45,594 nucleotides of DNA, taken from the IMG/VR virus record IMGVR_UViG_3300009550_000010, positions 76,906-122,499 of that record. The stretch is one strand, 5' to 3'. The notes beneath the pieces were generated by a model. The model ran no database searches. It was given only the letters and a program-made list of their open reading frames with translations, and was not told where the DNA came from. Positions within the stretch are counted from its first letter, which is position 1, and every line of letters begins with the position of its first letter. Positions 1 through 10,000 of this stretch are shown here, in pieces. Source of the DNA: a virus. The translations under genes were made by a program, and so were the position numbers.

Positions 1-175
1 CTCCTTTCAGAGGATTACTTTTACCCATACGGATTCCTCTCAACTGTCTCTTGAGAGGATTGGTTTCAGTGTCGTCAATAATTTTCAAACCTTTTACCAT
101 ATCTCCTATGCTAATCGGTTCTCCAACCCTTTTGACGAATCCACTGCCTTCCATGAATTGCTTGAATGTTTTCAT
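1..175 (-). CDS. Partial small protein with T4 capsid-targeting-like N-terminus (putative internal head protein); runs off window
   Basis: Hand translation: ATG at 175 overlaps the gp13 stop (TAATG); MKTFKQFMEGSGFVKRVGEPISIGDMVKGLKIIDDTETNPLKRQLRRIRMGKSNPLKG with no stop before base 1. Confidence 0.7.
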   Translation of the reverse strand, partial: MKTFKQFMEGSGFVKRVGEPISIGDMVKGLKIIDDTETNPLKRQLRGIRMGKSNPLKG

Positions 176-1026
176 TATCCTATAAAGTCTAGTGGTGGTA
201 ATTCGTATTCTGTAGTCATCTTATCTTCAAGTGCTTGTATTTCAGCAACACCATCCTCGTATATCTGTCTACCATTCAGTTCAACACCACCTGGTAATTT
301 GACTCCTTGGAATTTTATAAGATTCTGACCCCATTGCTTTTTCAATTTTGCAGTAAAATATCTTTTAACCCATCTATCGTTGTAAACCTTTGGATAATCA
401 TTAGGATCTAATACCCTATAACATTCTATGATAAGATAGTCATCATTTTTCATACTACTATAATCACTATCGATGTATAATCTATTCTGTCTTCTGTTAA
501 ATCTTATCTGTTTATCTGGGTGTAATATAAAATCTATATCCTCAAGATATCTCTTTGTCTGAGTGTAACTCAATAACTCCATAGAACTAAAGTAATATAT
601 CTCGTTCAAAAATAACTGATATGTTATGTTGAACATGTTAGATGCTATCGCACGACTATCTACTTTCCATACTTTCTCAATGCCTATAATACTATCTGGT
701 ACTTGTATAAAGTTCTGTGTCTCTTCAAATGAAAATACGGTAGTGCCTATACCTGTTATGTTTACACTTGGAGATGTAGTTGTAGTGAGACCTATTGATG
801 TTTCTTTACCCTCTGCACTGGTTGCCTGTATAGTATCTGTAAAATTCTCTGTTATCTTGTGCTTTAGATACATCTTCTCTACACCGTCCATATGGCGATC
901 TTGATAGAGAGTGAAAACATCGTCTAAGTTATCTTCTATCTGTTCATCAGCTACATTGATCTCTAAGACAGGATAACCCAACTGCCTCTTGCCATATTCA
1001 ATTAATTCCTGTCTAGTGCTTGGCAT
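175..1026 (-). CDS. gp13: T4-like neck protein gp13
   Basis: N-terminal RQLGYPVLEINVADEQIED and C-terminal KKQWGQNLIKFQGVKLPGGVELNGRQIY motifs typical of gp13; position after baseplate and fibre genes. Confidence 0.92.
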   Translation of the reverse strand: MPSTRQELIEYGKRQLGYPVLEINVADEQIEDNLDDVFTLYQDRHMDGVEKMYLKHKITENFTDTIQATSAEGKETSIGLTTTTSPSVNITGIGTTVFSFEETQNFIQVPDSIIGIEKVWKVDSRAIASNMFNITYQLFLNEIYYFSSMELLSYTQTKRYLEDIDFILHPDKQIRFNRRQNRLYIDSDYSSMKNDDYLIIECYRVLDPNDYPKVYNDRWVKRYFTAKLKKQWGQNLIKFQGVKLPGGVELNGRQIYEDGVAEIQALEDKMTTEYELPPLDFIG

Positions 1027-1043
1027 TTCTATCTACTTTTTTG

Positions 1044-1050
1044 TATTTAT
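1044..1050 (-). promoter_or_regulatory. T4-type late promoter box (ATAAATA)
   Basis: tatttat on + strand, just upstream of the gp13 start at 1026. Confidence 0.7.
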
Positions 1051-2618
1051 GCAGTACGTCTGATACAAACATCGACCTCATCACCCACGGTGAGACCAGT
1101 TGCATCAGTAAATGTTACAGATGGACTTCCAATTGAATAATCAATTCCACTGAATAATTGGATACCGTTGACATATACTTGCATATTGTCCTCACTTATA
1201 TCAGTTGAGGTAGGAGTAAAGTTTGTTTGTTGATCTGTAGCAACAAAGGCATCTTCAGCATTATCACAAACTATTTCTACATGTGCTCCCTCTGCACATG
1301 GCACCACCAGAGTTACAGGAGCAGCAACACCAAAGTCAGACCCGACTCTTTGTTTTACACCATTGACGAATACTCTAAAGTTTTTCTGGGCTGATAAACT
1401 TCCTGAGAGAGGAAATAGTACTTGACCCTGTGTCGCTGTAAAGTATTCCTCATCAATCGTATGACCGAAGTAAACAATTGATACAACCTCAGTACCTGCA
1501 GTTATTCCTTCCTCAAATGTGATTGTGGAGTTACTTGATGTTGTAAAGTCTTTTGACGCATTGCCAGCACCTTGTGGTCTTTGCTTTACACCATTTACAA
1601 AGACTTGAGTGCTATATGTGCTTGTGCCATCATTGTGTGGGTGTGGAGTGCTGAACGCTGTTTGTCCTTGTGTTGCTGTTTGAATACCTGCAGAGATTGT
1701 TGTTGCAGCACCTGTAGCACCACCCCCACCACCTGATAAAGTCTTGAATGAGAGAGAACCCGATCCATCCGTGACAAGAGCTTGGTCTTCATCCCCGTCA
1801 GATGTGGGAAATCTGAATCCAGATATCGTTGATATACCAGTCGAATATATGTTTGCATGTATAGCATTATTAGAAAATGTAGCGATACCAACTGATTTTA
1901 GATTATCCACCTCAGTGTGACCGTCTACATCAAGACCAGCTGAGAATGTTGCATCCTCACCAACAGTTAAGGCATCTAATGTAGTTGTGCCATCTACATC
2001 TAAGTTTCCATTAGCGTCAATGTTACCTGCTATTGTTAGTGAAGATGCCATATCAACAGCACCATCTATATCAACAGCATCTAAATTTGTTGTACCATCA
2101 ACATCAATATTACCACTTATATCTAAACCTACAGCTGTTATAATTCCTGATAAATTTGCACCTGCTCCTGTGATACCTGCATTGTGAACAAACGTGTTAC
2201 CTACGTTGTATCCAGTTGAGTGAACAAATACCCCATTACCACCTATCTGAAATCCAGTGGTGGTAATTGTTGTTGCTGACCCTACATTTATTGTATCAGT
2301 TGATTCGTCAAGAGTTATACTACCACTACCAACAGTAAGAACACCGACTACTCTGCAATCTCCTCTTACTAATAAACTTGTTGTTGCACCACCTACGACT
2401 ACTGCAGTAGAACCTGATCCAAATGTTGATATTCCAGTCGCTGCTAAATGCTTTAGATGTCCACCTATCTCTACTATTGATGTGGTGCCATCGTTAATTT
2501 CTGTGAAGAGTTTACCGTCATACGTGTTTAGAGCTAATTCACCTAGTTCTAATTGTGCTGCGGTAGGAGCGTTGTTCTGTACAGACGAACGCTTAATTTT
2601 TATAACAGGAGATGCCAT
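1047..2618 (-). CDS. Tail fibre / virion fibre protein (523 aa)
   Basis: N-terminal MASPVIKIKRS...LELGELALNTYDGKLF docking-type domain; G/T/S-rich shaft with LDVDGxT repeats; three C-terminal copies of an AT(Q/D)(G/Q)Q..F...V(F/Y)VNG beta domain. Confidence 0.8.
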   Translation of the reverse strand: MASPVIKIKRSSVQNNAPTAAQLELGELALNTYDGKLFTEINDGTTSIVEIGGHLKHLAATGISTFGSGSTAVVVGGATTSLLVRGDCRVVGVLTVGSGSITLDESTDTINVGSATTITTTGFQIGGNGVFVHSTGYNVGNTFVHNAGITGAGANLSGIITAVGLDISGNIDVDGTTNLDAVDIDGAVDMASSLTIAGNIDANGNLDVDGTTTLDALTVGEDATFSAGLDVDGHTEVDNLKSVGIATFSNNAIHANIYSTGISTISGFRFPTSDGDEDQALVTDGSGSLSFKTLSGGGGGATGAATTISAGIQTATQGQTAFSTPHPHNDGTSTYSTQVFVNGVKQRPQGAGNASKDFTTSSNSTITFEEGITAGTEVVSIVYFGHTIDEEYFTATQGQVLFPLSGSLSAQKNFRVFVNGVKQRVGSDFGVAAPVTLVVPCAEGAHVEIVCDNAEDAFVATDQQTNFTPTSTDISEDNMQVYVNGIQLFSGIDYSIGSPSVTFTDATGLTVGDEVDVCIRRTA

Positions 2619-2646
2619 CAGTTACATTCGGTATATACCTAAAGTC

Positions 2647-2675
2647 TGACTGTATATACAGTCAAGGATATTTAT
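2647..2675 (-). promoter_or_regulatory. Late promoter box (ATAAATA, 2669-2675) followed by a perfect 18-bp palindrome TGACTGTATATACAGTCA (2647-2664) in the fibre gene leader
   Basis: Read directly; a second palindrome GGTATATACC lies at 2630-2639. Confidence 0.65.
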
Positions 2676-2683
2676 GTTATAAT
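2675..2683 (+). promoter_or_regulatory. Extended -10 sigma70-type promoter (TGnTATAAT) for the + strand genes from 2706
   Basis: tgttataat at 2675-2683, about 22 nt before ATG 2706. Confidence 0.55.
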
Positions 2684-2705
2684 TAGTCTGTAGGGATTAT
2701 TATGT

Positions 2706-3416
2706 ATGAAGAGAACACTTGTCGTGCTCACGGGACCTCAAGGGTCGGGCAACCACCTATGGTCAAAGATCTTATCACTTCACCAAGATGTTTTCGGTTG
2801 GAAAACGCTGCTTGACAATTATTGGGAAGCACATCGTTTTAGCGAACCCTTTGCAGAGTATTGGAGAAATCCAGAAACACTGCATAAATTCGACTGGTCG
2901 CAAAGTCAATATTTTTTTACTTCGATTAGTATCCCGCTTGGCATAGAAAGTAAAGGGACAAAATGGTGTCCAAACGTGGTGCAGTTTTGCACGAATGCAA
3001 AGGACTTGGGTATAGATACCAAAGTCTTAGTCATAGGAAGGGATCAAAACATACTAAGGAATCAGCAAAGTAGAATTAGAGAAGAAGCTACTACCAGACA
3101 TTTCTTAGATCAATTACCTAAATTTGAGAATCCAACATTCTTAAGTTACGAGTTGTTATATTTGTACAAACAAGAGTATTTGAAAACATTAGACATAGGA
3201 ATACCAATTGCATGGTATGATAAAAGAGTAAATGAAATATTAGAACTTGATGCTAACTCAAAGTATATCGAATATGTTAAAGACAATCCTCTTGATGATG
3301 GTAATAAGACTGGAGTTCCCTTTCCATGGAACCCAAACCACCCAGACGCAAAAAAACCTATACTAAAAGATACTGATCATGCGTACGATGAAGGATCGAA
3401 TGGAAAATGCTGCTAG
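2706..3416 (+). CDS. P-loop sulfotransferase-fold protein (family B, copy 1)
   Basis: N-terminal VVLTGPQGSGNHLWSKIL loop, downstream VLVIGRD and FLSYE motifs; paralogue of 3566..4183. Confidence 0.6.
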   Translation: MKRTLVVLTGPQGSGNHLWSKILSLHQDVFGWKTLLDNYWEAHRFSEPFAEYWRNPETLHKFDWSQSQYFFTSISIPLGIESKGTKWCPNVVQFCTNAKDLGIDTKVLVIGRDQNILRNQQSRIREEATTRHFLDQLPKFENPTFLSYELLYLYKQEYLKTLDIGIPIAWYDKRVNEILELDANSKYIEYVKDNPLDDGNKTGVPFPWNPNHPDAKKPILKDTDHAYDEGSNGKCC

Positions 3417-3672
3417 GATTTGGAAATATGCACTCGGATCATTCTCAGACGACAGAACAAAAGAATATGACAATCACATACTTGTCGTACGGTCTGTTAT
3501 ATTTTTTACCTACCTTATTACTAATTGCTTTATTATTAGCGGAGTAATCCGACACTGGAACGCCAATGAAAAAACTACTGATTGTAACAGGACCTCAAGG
3601 ATCGGGGAATCACCTATTCGCTCGACTCTTTTCGATGCACCCGAACGTGATAGGTTGGGAGAGTCTACATGA
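3400..3672 (+). CDS. Small hypothetical membrane protein of a type seen in cyanophages
   Basis: Likely start ATG 3400 after AAGGA; IWKYALGSFSDD followed by a hydrophobic segment ending GVIRHWN; 3' end overlaps the next gene by 107 nt. Confidence 0.6.
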   Translation: MENAARIWKYALGSFSDDRTKEYDNHILVVRSVIFFTYLITNCFIISGVIRHWNANEKTTDCNRTSRIGESPIRSTLFDAPERDRLGEST

Positions 3673-4183
3673 TAATTATTGGGTGCCTAGTGACGAAGAA
3701 CCATTTGCAAGATACTGGGTATATCCCGAAGAACTAAAGTTTCCAGAGGGAAACTTTTTTTGTGCTAATGTTAGTGTGCCTTTCTTCTATGATGGAGTAA
3801 GACAAACACCCAAAATAAAAGAGGTTGCATACGAAGCAATCAAGCAAGGTGTACAACCTATTATTGCAGTTATTGTTAGAGATAGAAATATAAACGAGTT
3901 ACAACAAGTAAGAGTTGGTGGTGAATGTACATTGGATATTGCTACAGAATATTACAAAGACATCGCATGCCACTTTATAGATCATGAAGCATTCTTCTTA
4001 TACAAAGAAAAGTATATTGAGTATCTTGGTCGTTTGTTAGAATTTCCAGTCATAAAAGAAGGCATCGACAACTTTATAAGCGTCGATGCCAACCATAAGT
4101 ATGTCTTTCCCTGCAAGAAGCATTGGTTAGACGATGAGATCCGTAAGGGTCGTAAGACCTTTAAACAACGGCTAGAGGAGTAG
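3566..4183 (+). CDS. P-loop sulfotransferase-fold protein (family B, copy 2)
   Basis: IVTGPQGSGNHLFARLF, EPFARYW, IVRDRNI and DANHKY, colinear with 2706..3416. Confidence 0.6.
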   Translation: MKKLLIVTGPQGSGNHLFARLFSMHPNVIGWESLHDNYWVPSDEEPFARYWVYPEELKFPEGNFFCANVSVPFFYDGVRQTPKIKEVAYEAIKQGVQPIIAVIVRDRNINELQQVRVGGECTLDIATEYYKDIACHFIDHEAFFLYKEKYIEYLGRLLEFPVIKEGIDNFISVDANHKYVFPCKKHWLDDEIRKGRKTFKQRLEE

Positions 4184-4835
4184 CAGTGTTCTTATTGCTG
4201 ATCTCTATAAGATCTTCTCTCATTCTCTCAACAAGTGAAAGTACACGAGACTGAAGTTCTGCACTACCTTCAACTAATTTTGAAAGTGCACGTCCACCTA
4301 AGTTTGAGTGGAAACCTTCGTCTTTAGCAATAGTTGCATATCTTGTGGAGATGAATCTATCTTCTACACAGTCTGCCATTTCGTTCCATACTGCTTCTGC
4401 TCTTCCTTCTGCTACCAACTGGTATGCAGCAAGTGCAGCAGGGTCTTCTGATGCTTCATACTTCTCAAGAAGTGATGCACCTTTCGCCTGAGGCTTTTCT
4501 GCCTCTGCAGCGAATGCAGCAGCAACGTCAAGCTTTTCGCCTGTGATGTGCTCGATTACTTCCTTTACCATACGGAAGTGCTTTGCTTCGTCCAAAGCTT
4601 GCTTGCTTAGTAATTCTAAGTCTTTTACGTCTGTAGAAGGATCTGCAGAAGCGACCTGACCAGCGATAGCATACATGTTTTGAGCTTCGTTGACCATGCG
4701 TCCACGGAAGTGCTCAACTAGATACTTATCACTTGGGTTGGAAGCGAAAAAACGACGAACATTTGATTTGGATGTTTCAAATAGTTCTTTGTTTCCTTCT
4801 TTGATCTTCTTTACGAAATCTGTTCCAGAAAGCAT
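4161..4835 (-). CDS. Ferritin-like diiron-carboxylate protein
   Basis: Helical protein with the E / ExxH / E / ExxH pattern: NEAQN, DEAKH, AEGRAE, DEGFH; likely start MLSGTDF at 4835, downstream of a CTAAATA box. Confidence 0.75.
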   Translation of the reverse strand: MLSGTDFVKKIKEGNKELFETSKSNVRRFFASNPSDKYLVEHFRGRMVNEAQNMYAIAGQVASADPSTDVKDLELLSKQALDEAKHFRMVKEVIEHITGEKLDVAAAFAAEAEKPQAKGASLLEKYEASEDPAALAAYQLVAEGRAEAVWNEMADCVEDRFISTRYATIAKDEGFHSNLGGRALSKLVEGSAELQSRVLSLVERMREDLIEISNKNTATPLAVV

Positions 4836-4860
4836 TGTTAATTTACCTTTATCTACGTTG

Positions 4861-5373
4861 TTATTTAGCATAAACAAAAAAGAGTCGTTTATGACCCTGT
4901 TTCACATGTTCAGTTTCAATACACTTTACAGTATAATTGAAACGTGATGCAATATTATTTATCTTTTTTTCTGTCCATGGATACCAAACTATGTCACCAT
5001 AGTCTGCCCAATCATGTGGTATACCAGGATTAACTCTAAATATTGCTTCTTTCCGAAATAATTTATCTATAATTTCCATCTGATTGTCAATCACGCTTTC
5101 ATCACCAAAATTTATAGACCCAAGAGCAAGCACTATATCAAACTTCATAGTGGTACTAAGTTCTTCAAGGGGTAACTTTATGTCAGCACTATTGTTATAT
5201 GGATCTACACCTATGAGTTTATGAATTTTTCCTTTGAATTTATTATACCCACATCCAACATCTAAGACACTAGAAGGTTTCTGAGCATTAACATAATCGA
5301 CCAACTGATAGCCAGAATACTCAAGAGATTCAAAATTTTGGTCTTTCCAGATTCCACTAAAATAAGATTCCAT
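4861..5373 (-). CDS. Class I SAM-dependent methyltransferase
   Basis: Motif I VLDVGCG, IGVDP, FDIVLALGSINF; likely start 5373 (TAATG overlap with upstream stop). Confidence 0.8.
   Translation of the reverse strand: MESYFSGIWKDQNFESLEYSGYQLVDYVNAQKPSSVLDVGCGYNKFKGKIHKLIGVDPYNNSADIKLPLEELSTTMKFDIVLALGSINFGDESVIDNQMEIIDKLFRKEAIFRVNPGIPHDWADYGDIVWYPWTEKKINNIASRFNYTVKCIETEHVKQGHKRLFFVYAK
4862..4868 (-). promoter_or_regulatory. Late promoter box (CTAAATA)
   Basis: tatttag on + strand, upstream of the ferritin-like gene. Confidence 0.55.
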
Positions 5374-6155
5374 TATGCAAAGTCTATAATATCCTGACAA
5401 TTATAAAAACCTATTGAGGTGTCCCAACTAGGTGCTAGTGTCAATGCAGGTCCTATGCAATAGTTTCTTATGTATGCAAGATACTCCTTCTGCCCATTTG
5501 CATCCCACTCAAACCCTAACTTATCTAAGAAGTGTCTAGTTGGACAAGTTATAAAATTTGGTTTTATTGCTTTTCTGAAAAATTGTCTCATTGATAGATT
5601 ATGTTTCTTATTATATTCTTTGAAACTCTCAACATTACGTGGATCATGTTTACCAATCTCCTCATCAGGATCATCCACAACCTGCCATGCTGTGTACTTA
5701 GGATAATTCTTAGCAAATGTCATAGATGTCAACCATCTATCATCACATAGATCTTTATCTCTTAATACAAAGATCATTTTATTATTAGGAAATGTTTTAT
5801 CTAACCATTCTAAGTTCTGTTTCTCACAAAAGAAATGGCACTTGACCATATAATTTTGTTCATTATTCACCTCTGCATATGGTTTCAATGCTTCTTCAAT
5901 AAAACTTTCTTTGGTATGGTATTTTGGTAGGTCTTGAAATCCTTCACCAAATTCACAACCAGGTCCGCTGAAATGACCTTTGTGTTCAACATAATACTTT
6001 GTTTGTACTCTCTCCCACCTTTCATCATTGAAATCTGATGTACTGAAATTGAATTTCTTACAACACCTCAATAGAGAATCTATTTTTGCCCACCCCGAAC
6101 CAGGTATACCAATAAAGAATACTAATTTTTCAGGATTGAATTGAGAAGATGTCAT
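5373..6155 (-). CDS. P-loop sulfotransferase-fold protein (family C, copy 2)
   Basis: VFFIGIPGSGWAKI, VKCHFF, FPNNKMIFVLRD; strong paralogy to 6130..6876; likely start 6155. Confidence 0.6.
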   Translation of the reverse strand: MTSSQFNPEKLVFFIGIPGSGWAKIDSLLRCCKKFNFSTSDFNDERWERVQTKYYVEHKGHFSGPGCEFGEGFQDLPKYHTKESFIEEALKPYAEVNNEQNYMVKCHFFCEKQNLEWLDKTFPNNKMIFVLRDKDLCDDRWLTSMTFAKNYPKYTAWQVVDDPDEEIGKHDPRNVESFKEYNKKHNLSMRQFFRKAIKPNFITCPTRHFLDKLGFEWDANGQKEYLAYIRNYCIGPALTLAPSWDTSIGFYNCQDIIDFA

Positions 6156-6876
6156 TACAATTATGAAAAACAAATGGTGCGTCGAACATTGGTACTTCTG
6201 ATTTGAAAAATTGATGTACCATAATCAATTTATCATATTCCTCTTTCCCTTCATCATCCCATCTATAATCTAATAGATCTAAGAAGGTCTTATTAGGTTG
6301 AATTATAAGACACTCATGATCTCTTACAAATTCTCTAATCATTTTATCATGTCTTTTCATAAATGACCACATCTTATTATAATTTTCAGGATGATCTCGT
6401 ATGAATGTATATTTCATCCAAGCCTTGTATGATGGGTATCGACCAGTAAAATTCATGGCAGCATTCCATCCTTCCCAACATAACTTGGTGTCTCTTAGTA
6501 CCAAGATAATTTTATTATTAGGAAAATTCTTTTTCAACCAATTAAGGTTCTTTGTCTCTGCAAAGAAATGTGACCTAATAAGATAGTTCTGATGATTGAT
6601 CTCAGTGAATGGTCTGAGGCACTCTGCCTTGAAAGATTCTTTAGTGTGATTCTTTTCAAGATCATCAAACCCATCACCAAATTCCATCATAGGATCCCAG
6701 AATGCTCCCTTATGGTGAACACACCCAACCCCTTGTTTTCCTGTCTCTTGTCTGTCTTCTCTTCTGTCAGTATTATTGAGATTCAATTTACCACAACAAC
6801 CTAGTAGTAGTGACAGTTTTGCCCATCCACTACCAGGTATTGCAACATAAAAAATCAACTGCTCGTCAGAAATCAC
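6130..6876 (-). CDS. P-loop sulfotransferase-fold protein (family C, copy 1)
   Basis: IFYVAIPGSGWAKL, IRSHFF, FPNNKIILVLRD (the FPxxKxIxxxRD pattern is typical of sulfotransferase-fold proteins). Confidence 0.6.
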   Translation of the reverse strand: MISDEQLIFYVAIPGSGWAKLSLLLGCCGKLNLNNTDRREDRQETGKQGVGCVHHKGAFWDPMMEFGDGFDDLEKNHTKESFKAECLRPFTEINHQNYLIRSHFFAETKNLNWLKKNFPNNKIILVLRDTKLCWEGWNAAMNFTGRYPSYKAWMKYTFIRDHPENYNKMWSFMKRHDKMIREFVRDHECLIIQPNKTFLDLLDYRWDDEGKEEYDKLIMVHQFFKSEVPMFDAPFVFHNCNDIFSIQS

Positions 6877-7058
6877 TTCTTAGCAGTTGATTTTGGTTTT
6901 GGTATTGAAGCCTCTTTGAATTCCTCTTGAGGGGAGGAGAGTGCTTCTATTTGAGATTGCATCACTTGAAGTTTTGCTTCAAGTGAAATATTCATAGCAG
7001 TGAGCTGACTTACTTTTGCTTGATAAACCCGTAGAAGAGCGTTGACCTCTTCATTCAT
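6873..7058 (-). CDS. Small coiled-coil protein, possible fibre assembly chaperone
   Basis: Heptad pattern YQAKVSQLTAMNISLEAKLQVMQSQIEAL; directly after the fibre gene; own CTAAATA box. Confidence 0.6.
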   Translation of the reverse strand: MNEEVNALLRVYQAKVSQLTAMNISLEAKLQVMQSQIEALSSPQEEFKEASIPKPKSTAKK

Positions 7059-7078
7059 AATTCATTATATAACTGGTT

Positions 7079-7085
7079 TATTTAG
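7079..7085 (-). promoter_or_regulatory. Late promoter box (CTAAATA)
   Basis: tatttag upstream of 7058; would also drive the overlapping enzyme genes 6876 to 4861. Confidence 0.6.
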
Positions 7086-7088
7086 TGT

Positions 7089-10000
7089 TTAAAAAGTGCC
7101 CCCATCTATGTTTATATTTTCGATTGAACGAGTTGTTCCAGAACAGGATATTACTTGTGATGTACCTGCACAGTCATTGACGTAAAGTGATCCGACTTCC
7201 ATTCCACCTGCTGTGGAGTTTGTCATAACACCTGAACTTTCTGTAGCAACTGCAGAAACTACAAACCTTGCAGTGCTATCATCCCAGTAGAACGCTGCTT
7301 TCTTAGCAGATCCACTGTAGTAGTTCATAACAAGACCAACGTCTTTGTTAGTATCAGAACTAAGGTTACCACCATCAACCTTTTGAAGTTCCAACATGGT
7401 GTCTTCAATGGTTGTGTTTGTGGTATTGATCTGTGAGGTTGTACCGTTGACTGTTAGATTTCCACTAACTGTGACGTTTGCAGAAGCAGTAATGTTACCT
7501 GTAACTGCTAATGTCGATCCGTCAAATTGTAGGTTGTTGCTATCTTCTAAAGCACCTGATGTACCAGCAATAACAACACGGTTGTCTGTTAGGTCACTTA
7601 CTGTGGCAGAAGAGAGTGTTGTCTCTGCTCCAGTAATTGTTGCACCGTTATTTGCAGTTATGTTACCAGTAACAGCAAGAGTAGATCCGTTGAATGTTAG
7701 ATTTCCAGAATCTTCTAAAGCACCTGATGTACCAGCGATAACAACACGGTTGTCTGTCAAGTCAGATACAGTTGCAGAACTTAGAACTGTTTCTCCACCA
7801 GAGATGTTTGCTCCACCATTAGCATCGAATGCACCACCAACTGTTGTAATACCTGTGACGTTTACAGCAGCGAATGTAGCACCACCAGATCCACCTAAGA
7901 TTGACTCAGATAATTTCTCGAATGTCACCTTACGGTTTGTACCACCTGCACCATCATCAACGATGAATAAATCAGCGTCGGCTAGTGTTGTGGTAGCAGT
8001 TCCTCCATCAATATCTAATGAAGTAATTGGCACTGTTCCAGCAGTAAGTCCACTACCAGATCCAGTAAATGCACCACTGGATAGAGTGACTCCACCTGAT
8101 GTGGTAACTCCTGTAACGCTTAGATTCTCTACTACGTTTACAGAGTTAATGTTTACAATGTCACCTAATGACTTCCATGCAACTGACTCAATCTCATCAC
8201 CTACTGTTGCTCCTGAAGCAAGAGTAATTGTGTTTGAGTTTGTTTGAGTGTAGTCAGTGCCTGTAATTAGACGAACACCGTTTTGGTATACATCTACAAA
8301 TCCGTTTGTGTATCCAGCAGAAACTGTGAATGCAGTCTGACCTTGAGTAGCAACAGTTGTTTGAGATGTTTGGAATGTTGTTGCAGCAACACCAGTTGTA
8401 GCAACGTGTGCTACACCATCTGCAACTGTGTACGAGTCAATACCATTTCCAGTAAATTTGAATGCAGTAACAAGACCAGCAGAACCAGTATTTTTTATGG
8501 CACCAACACCAGCAATCAGACCAGCACCAGTTGAATTTCTTAGTGGTGCAGCACTTGTAATTTGACCATCAACATCAAGTGTACCACCGATGTTTGCGTT
8601 CTTGACGATACCAACACCACCGTCTACCTTCAATGCACCAGTAGTATTACTGGTTGATTGAGTAGTATCATTGATGTCTACATCACCTGTTACATCTAAG
8701 TCTGTTAGTGTTCCTACTGATGTAAGAGAACTTGCTACAACACTTGATCCAAGAGTAGTTGCATTTAGAACTGATGCGTTATTAATCTTATATGCTTTAC
8801 CAGATGCAATGTTTAGGTTCTCAGAAGATCCTAAGTTATCACCTGTTGCTTCAAATTGGAATGTTTTATTTCCGTCTCCTGATACGATTGTGATACCACC
8901 ACCGTTTGCAGCAGCGTCATCAGCAGCACCTGTACCTAATTCTAAGTTCTTGTCATCCACTGACATTGTAGTGGAGTTGACAATTGTTTGGGTGCCGTTG
9001 ACTGTTAAGTTACCAGAAATTATGGTATCATCAGCAATCGTTGTTGTACCACCTGCAGAATCAAGTGTGAGGTTGCCTGAAGTTGTTGTTACAGTATTTC
9101 CATTCAATGAAAGATTGTCTACTGTAGCAGCACCTGTGACCGCTAGTGTAGTACCATCAAATGTTAGATTTCCTGAATCCTCTAGTGCACCAGATGAACC
9201 TGCAATAACAACTCTGTTGTCAGTAAGGTCTGAAACTGTGGCAGAAGAAAGAACTGTCTCACCACCTGCAATGTTAGCACCACCGTCAGCATCTATTGCT
9301 CCGTTGATATCAACTGTTCCAGTAAATGTTGAGATACCAGAAACTTTTAGTGTTGTAGCATCAACCTGACCACCTGTTGTGATACCAGATACTGCGATTG
9401 AACTAAAGTTAGCACCTTGCCCACCACCAAGAACATAATTCTTAATTCTTGAGGCAGCAGTCTTTTTGTTAGCACCACCTGCACCATCATCTACTAAGAA
9501 GAGGTCAGCATCTACGATTGCTCCTCCAATATCTGTAGCACCATCAAGGTCAATTGCTAATGCTGGAAGTGAACCTGCTGTTGCTCCTGATAGAGATCCA
9601 GTGTGAGTACCGTTTGTATTACCTGTTACGTTACCTGTAAGGTTACCGTTTATAACTCCTGTAAATGTCGATATACCAGAGACTTTTAGGGTTGTTGCGT
9701 CGAGTTCCCCTGCAGTTGTTATACCAGAAACATTTATTGCTGTAAAGTTAGCACCTGCACCACCACCAAGGAAGTATGACTTCATCCTTGAAGCAGTAGT
9801 CTTCCTATTTGTGCCACCTGCACCATCATCTACTAAGAAGAGGTCAGCGTCAGCAATAGCAGCACCAATATCAGTTGCACCGTCTATGTCTAATGCATCT
9901 ATATCAAGTGCACCAGCATTGAATCCAGATCCTGTGTCCCAAGTTAGTGTTCCACTACCATCACTTCTAAGAAAACCACCACTCGTTGCAGAAGCAGGGA

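Noticed and set aside
4161-4877. Calling the diiron protein ribonucleotide reductase beta or a classical ferritin
   Set aside because: Too short for NrdB and no recognisable NrdB or ferritin signature beyond the shared ligand pattern
7543-7757. Repeat pair as a diversity-generating retroelement template/variable pair
   Set aside because: Both copies are in-frame coding repeats, the single mismatch is synonymous, and no reverse transcriptase is in the window
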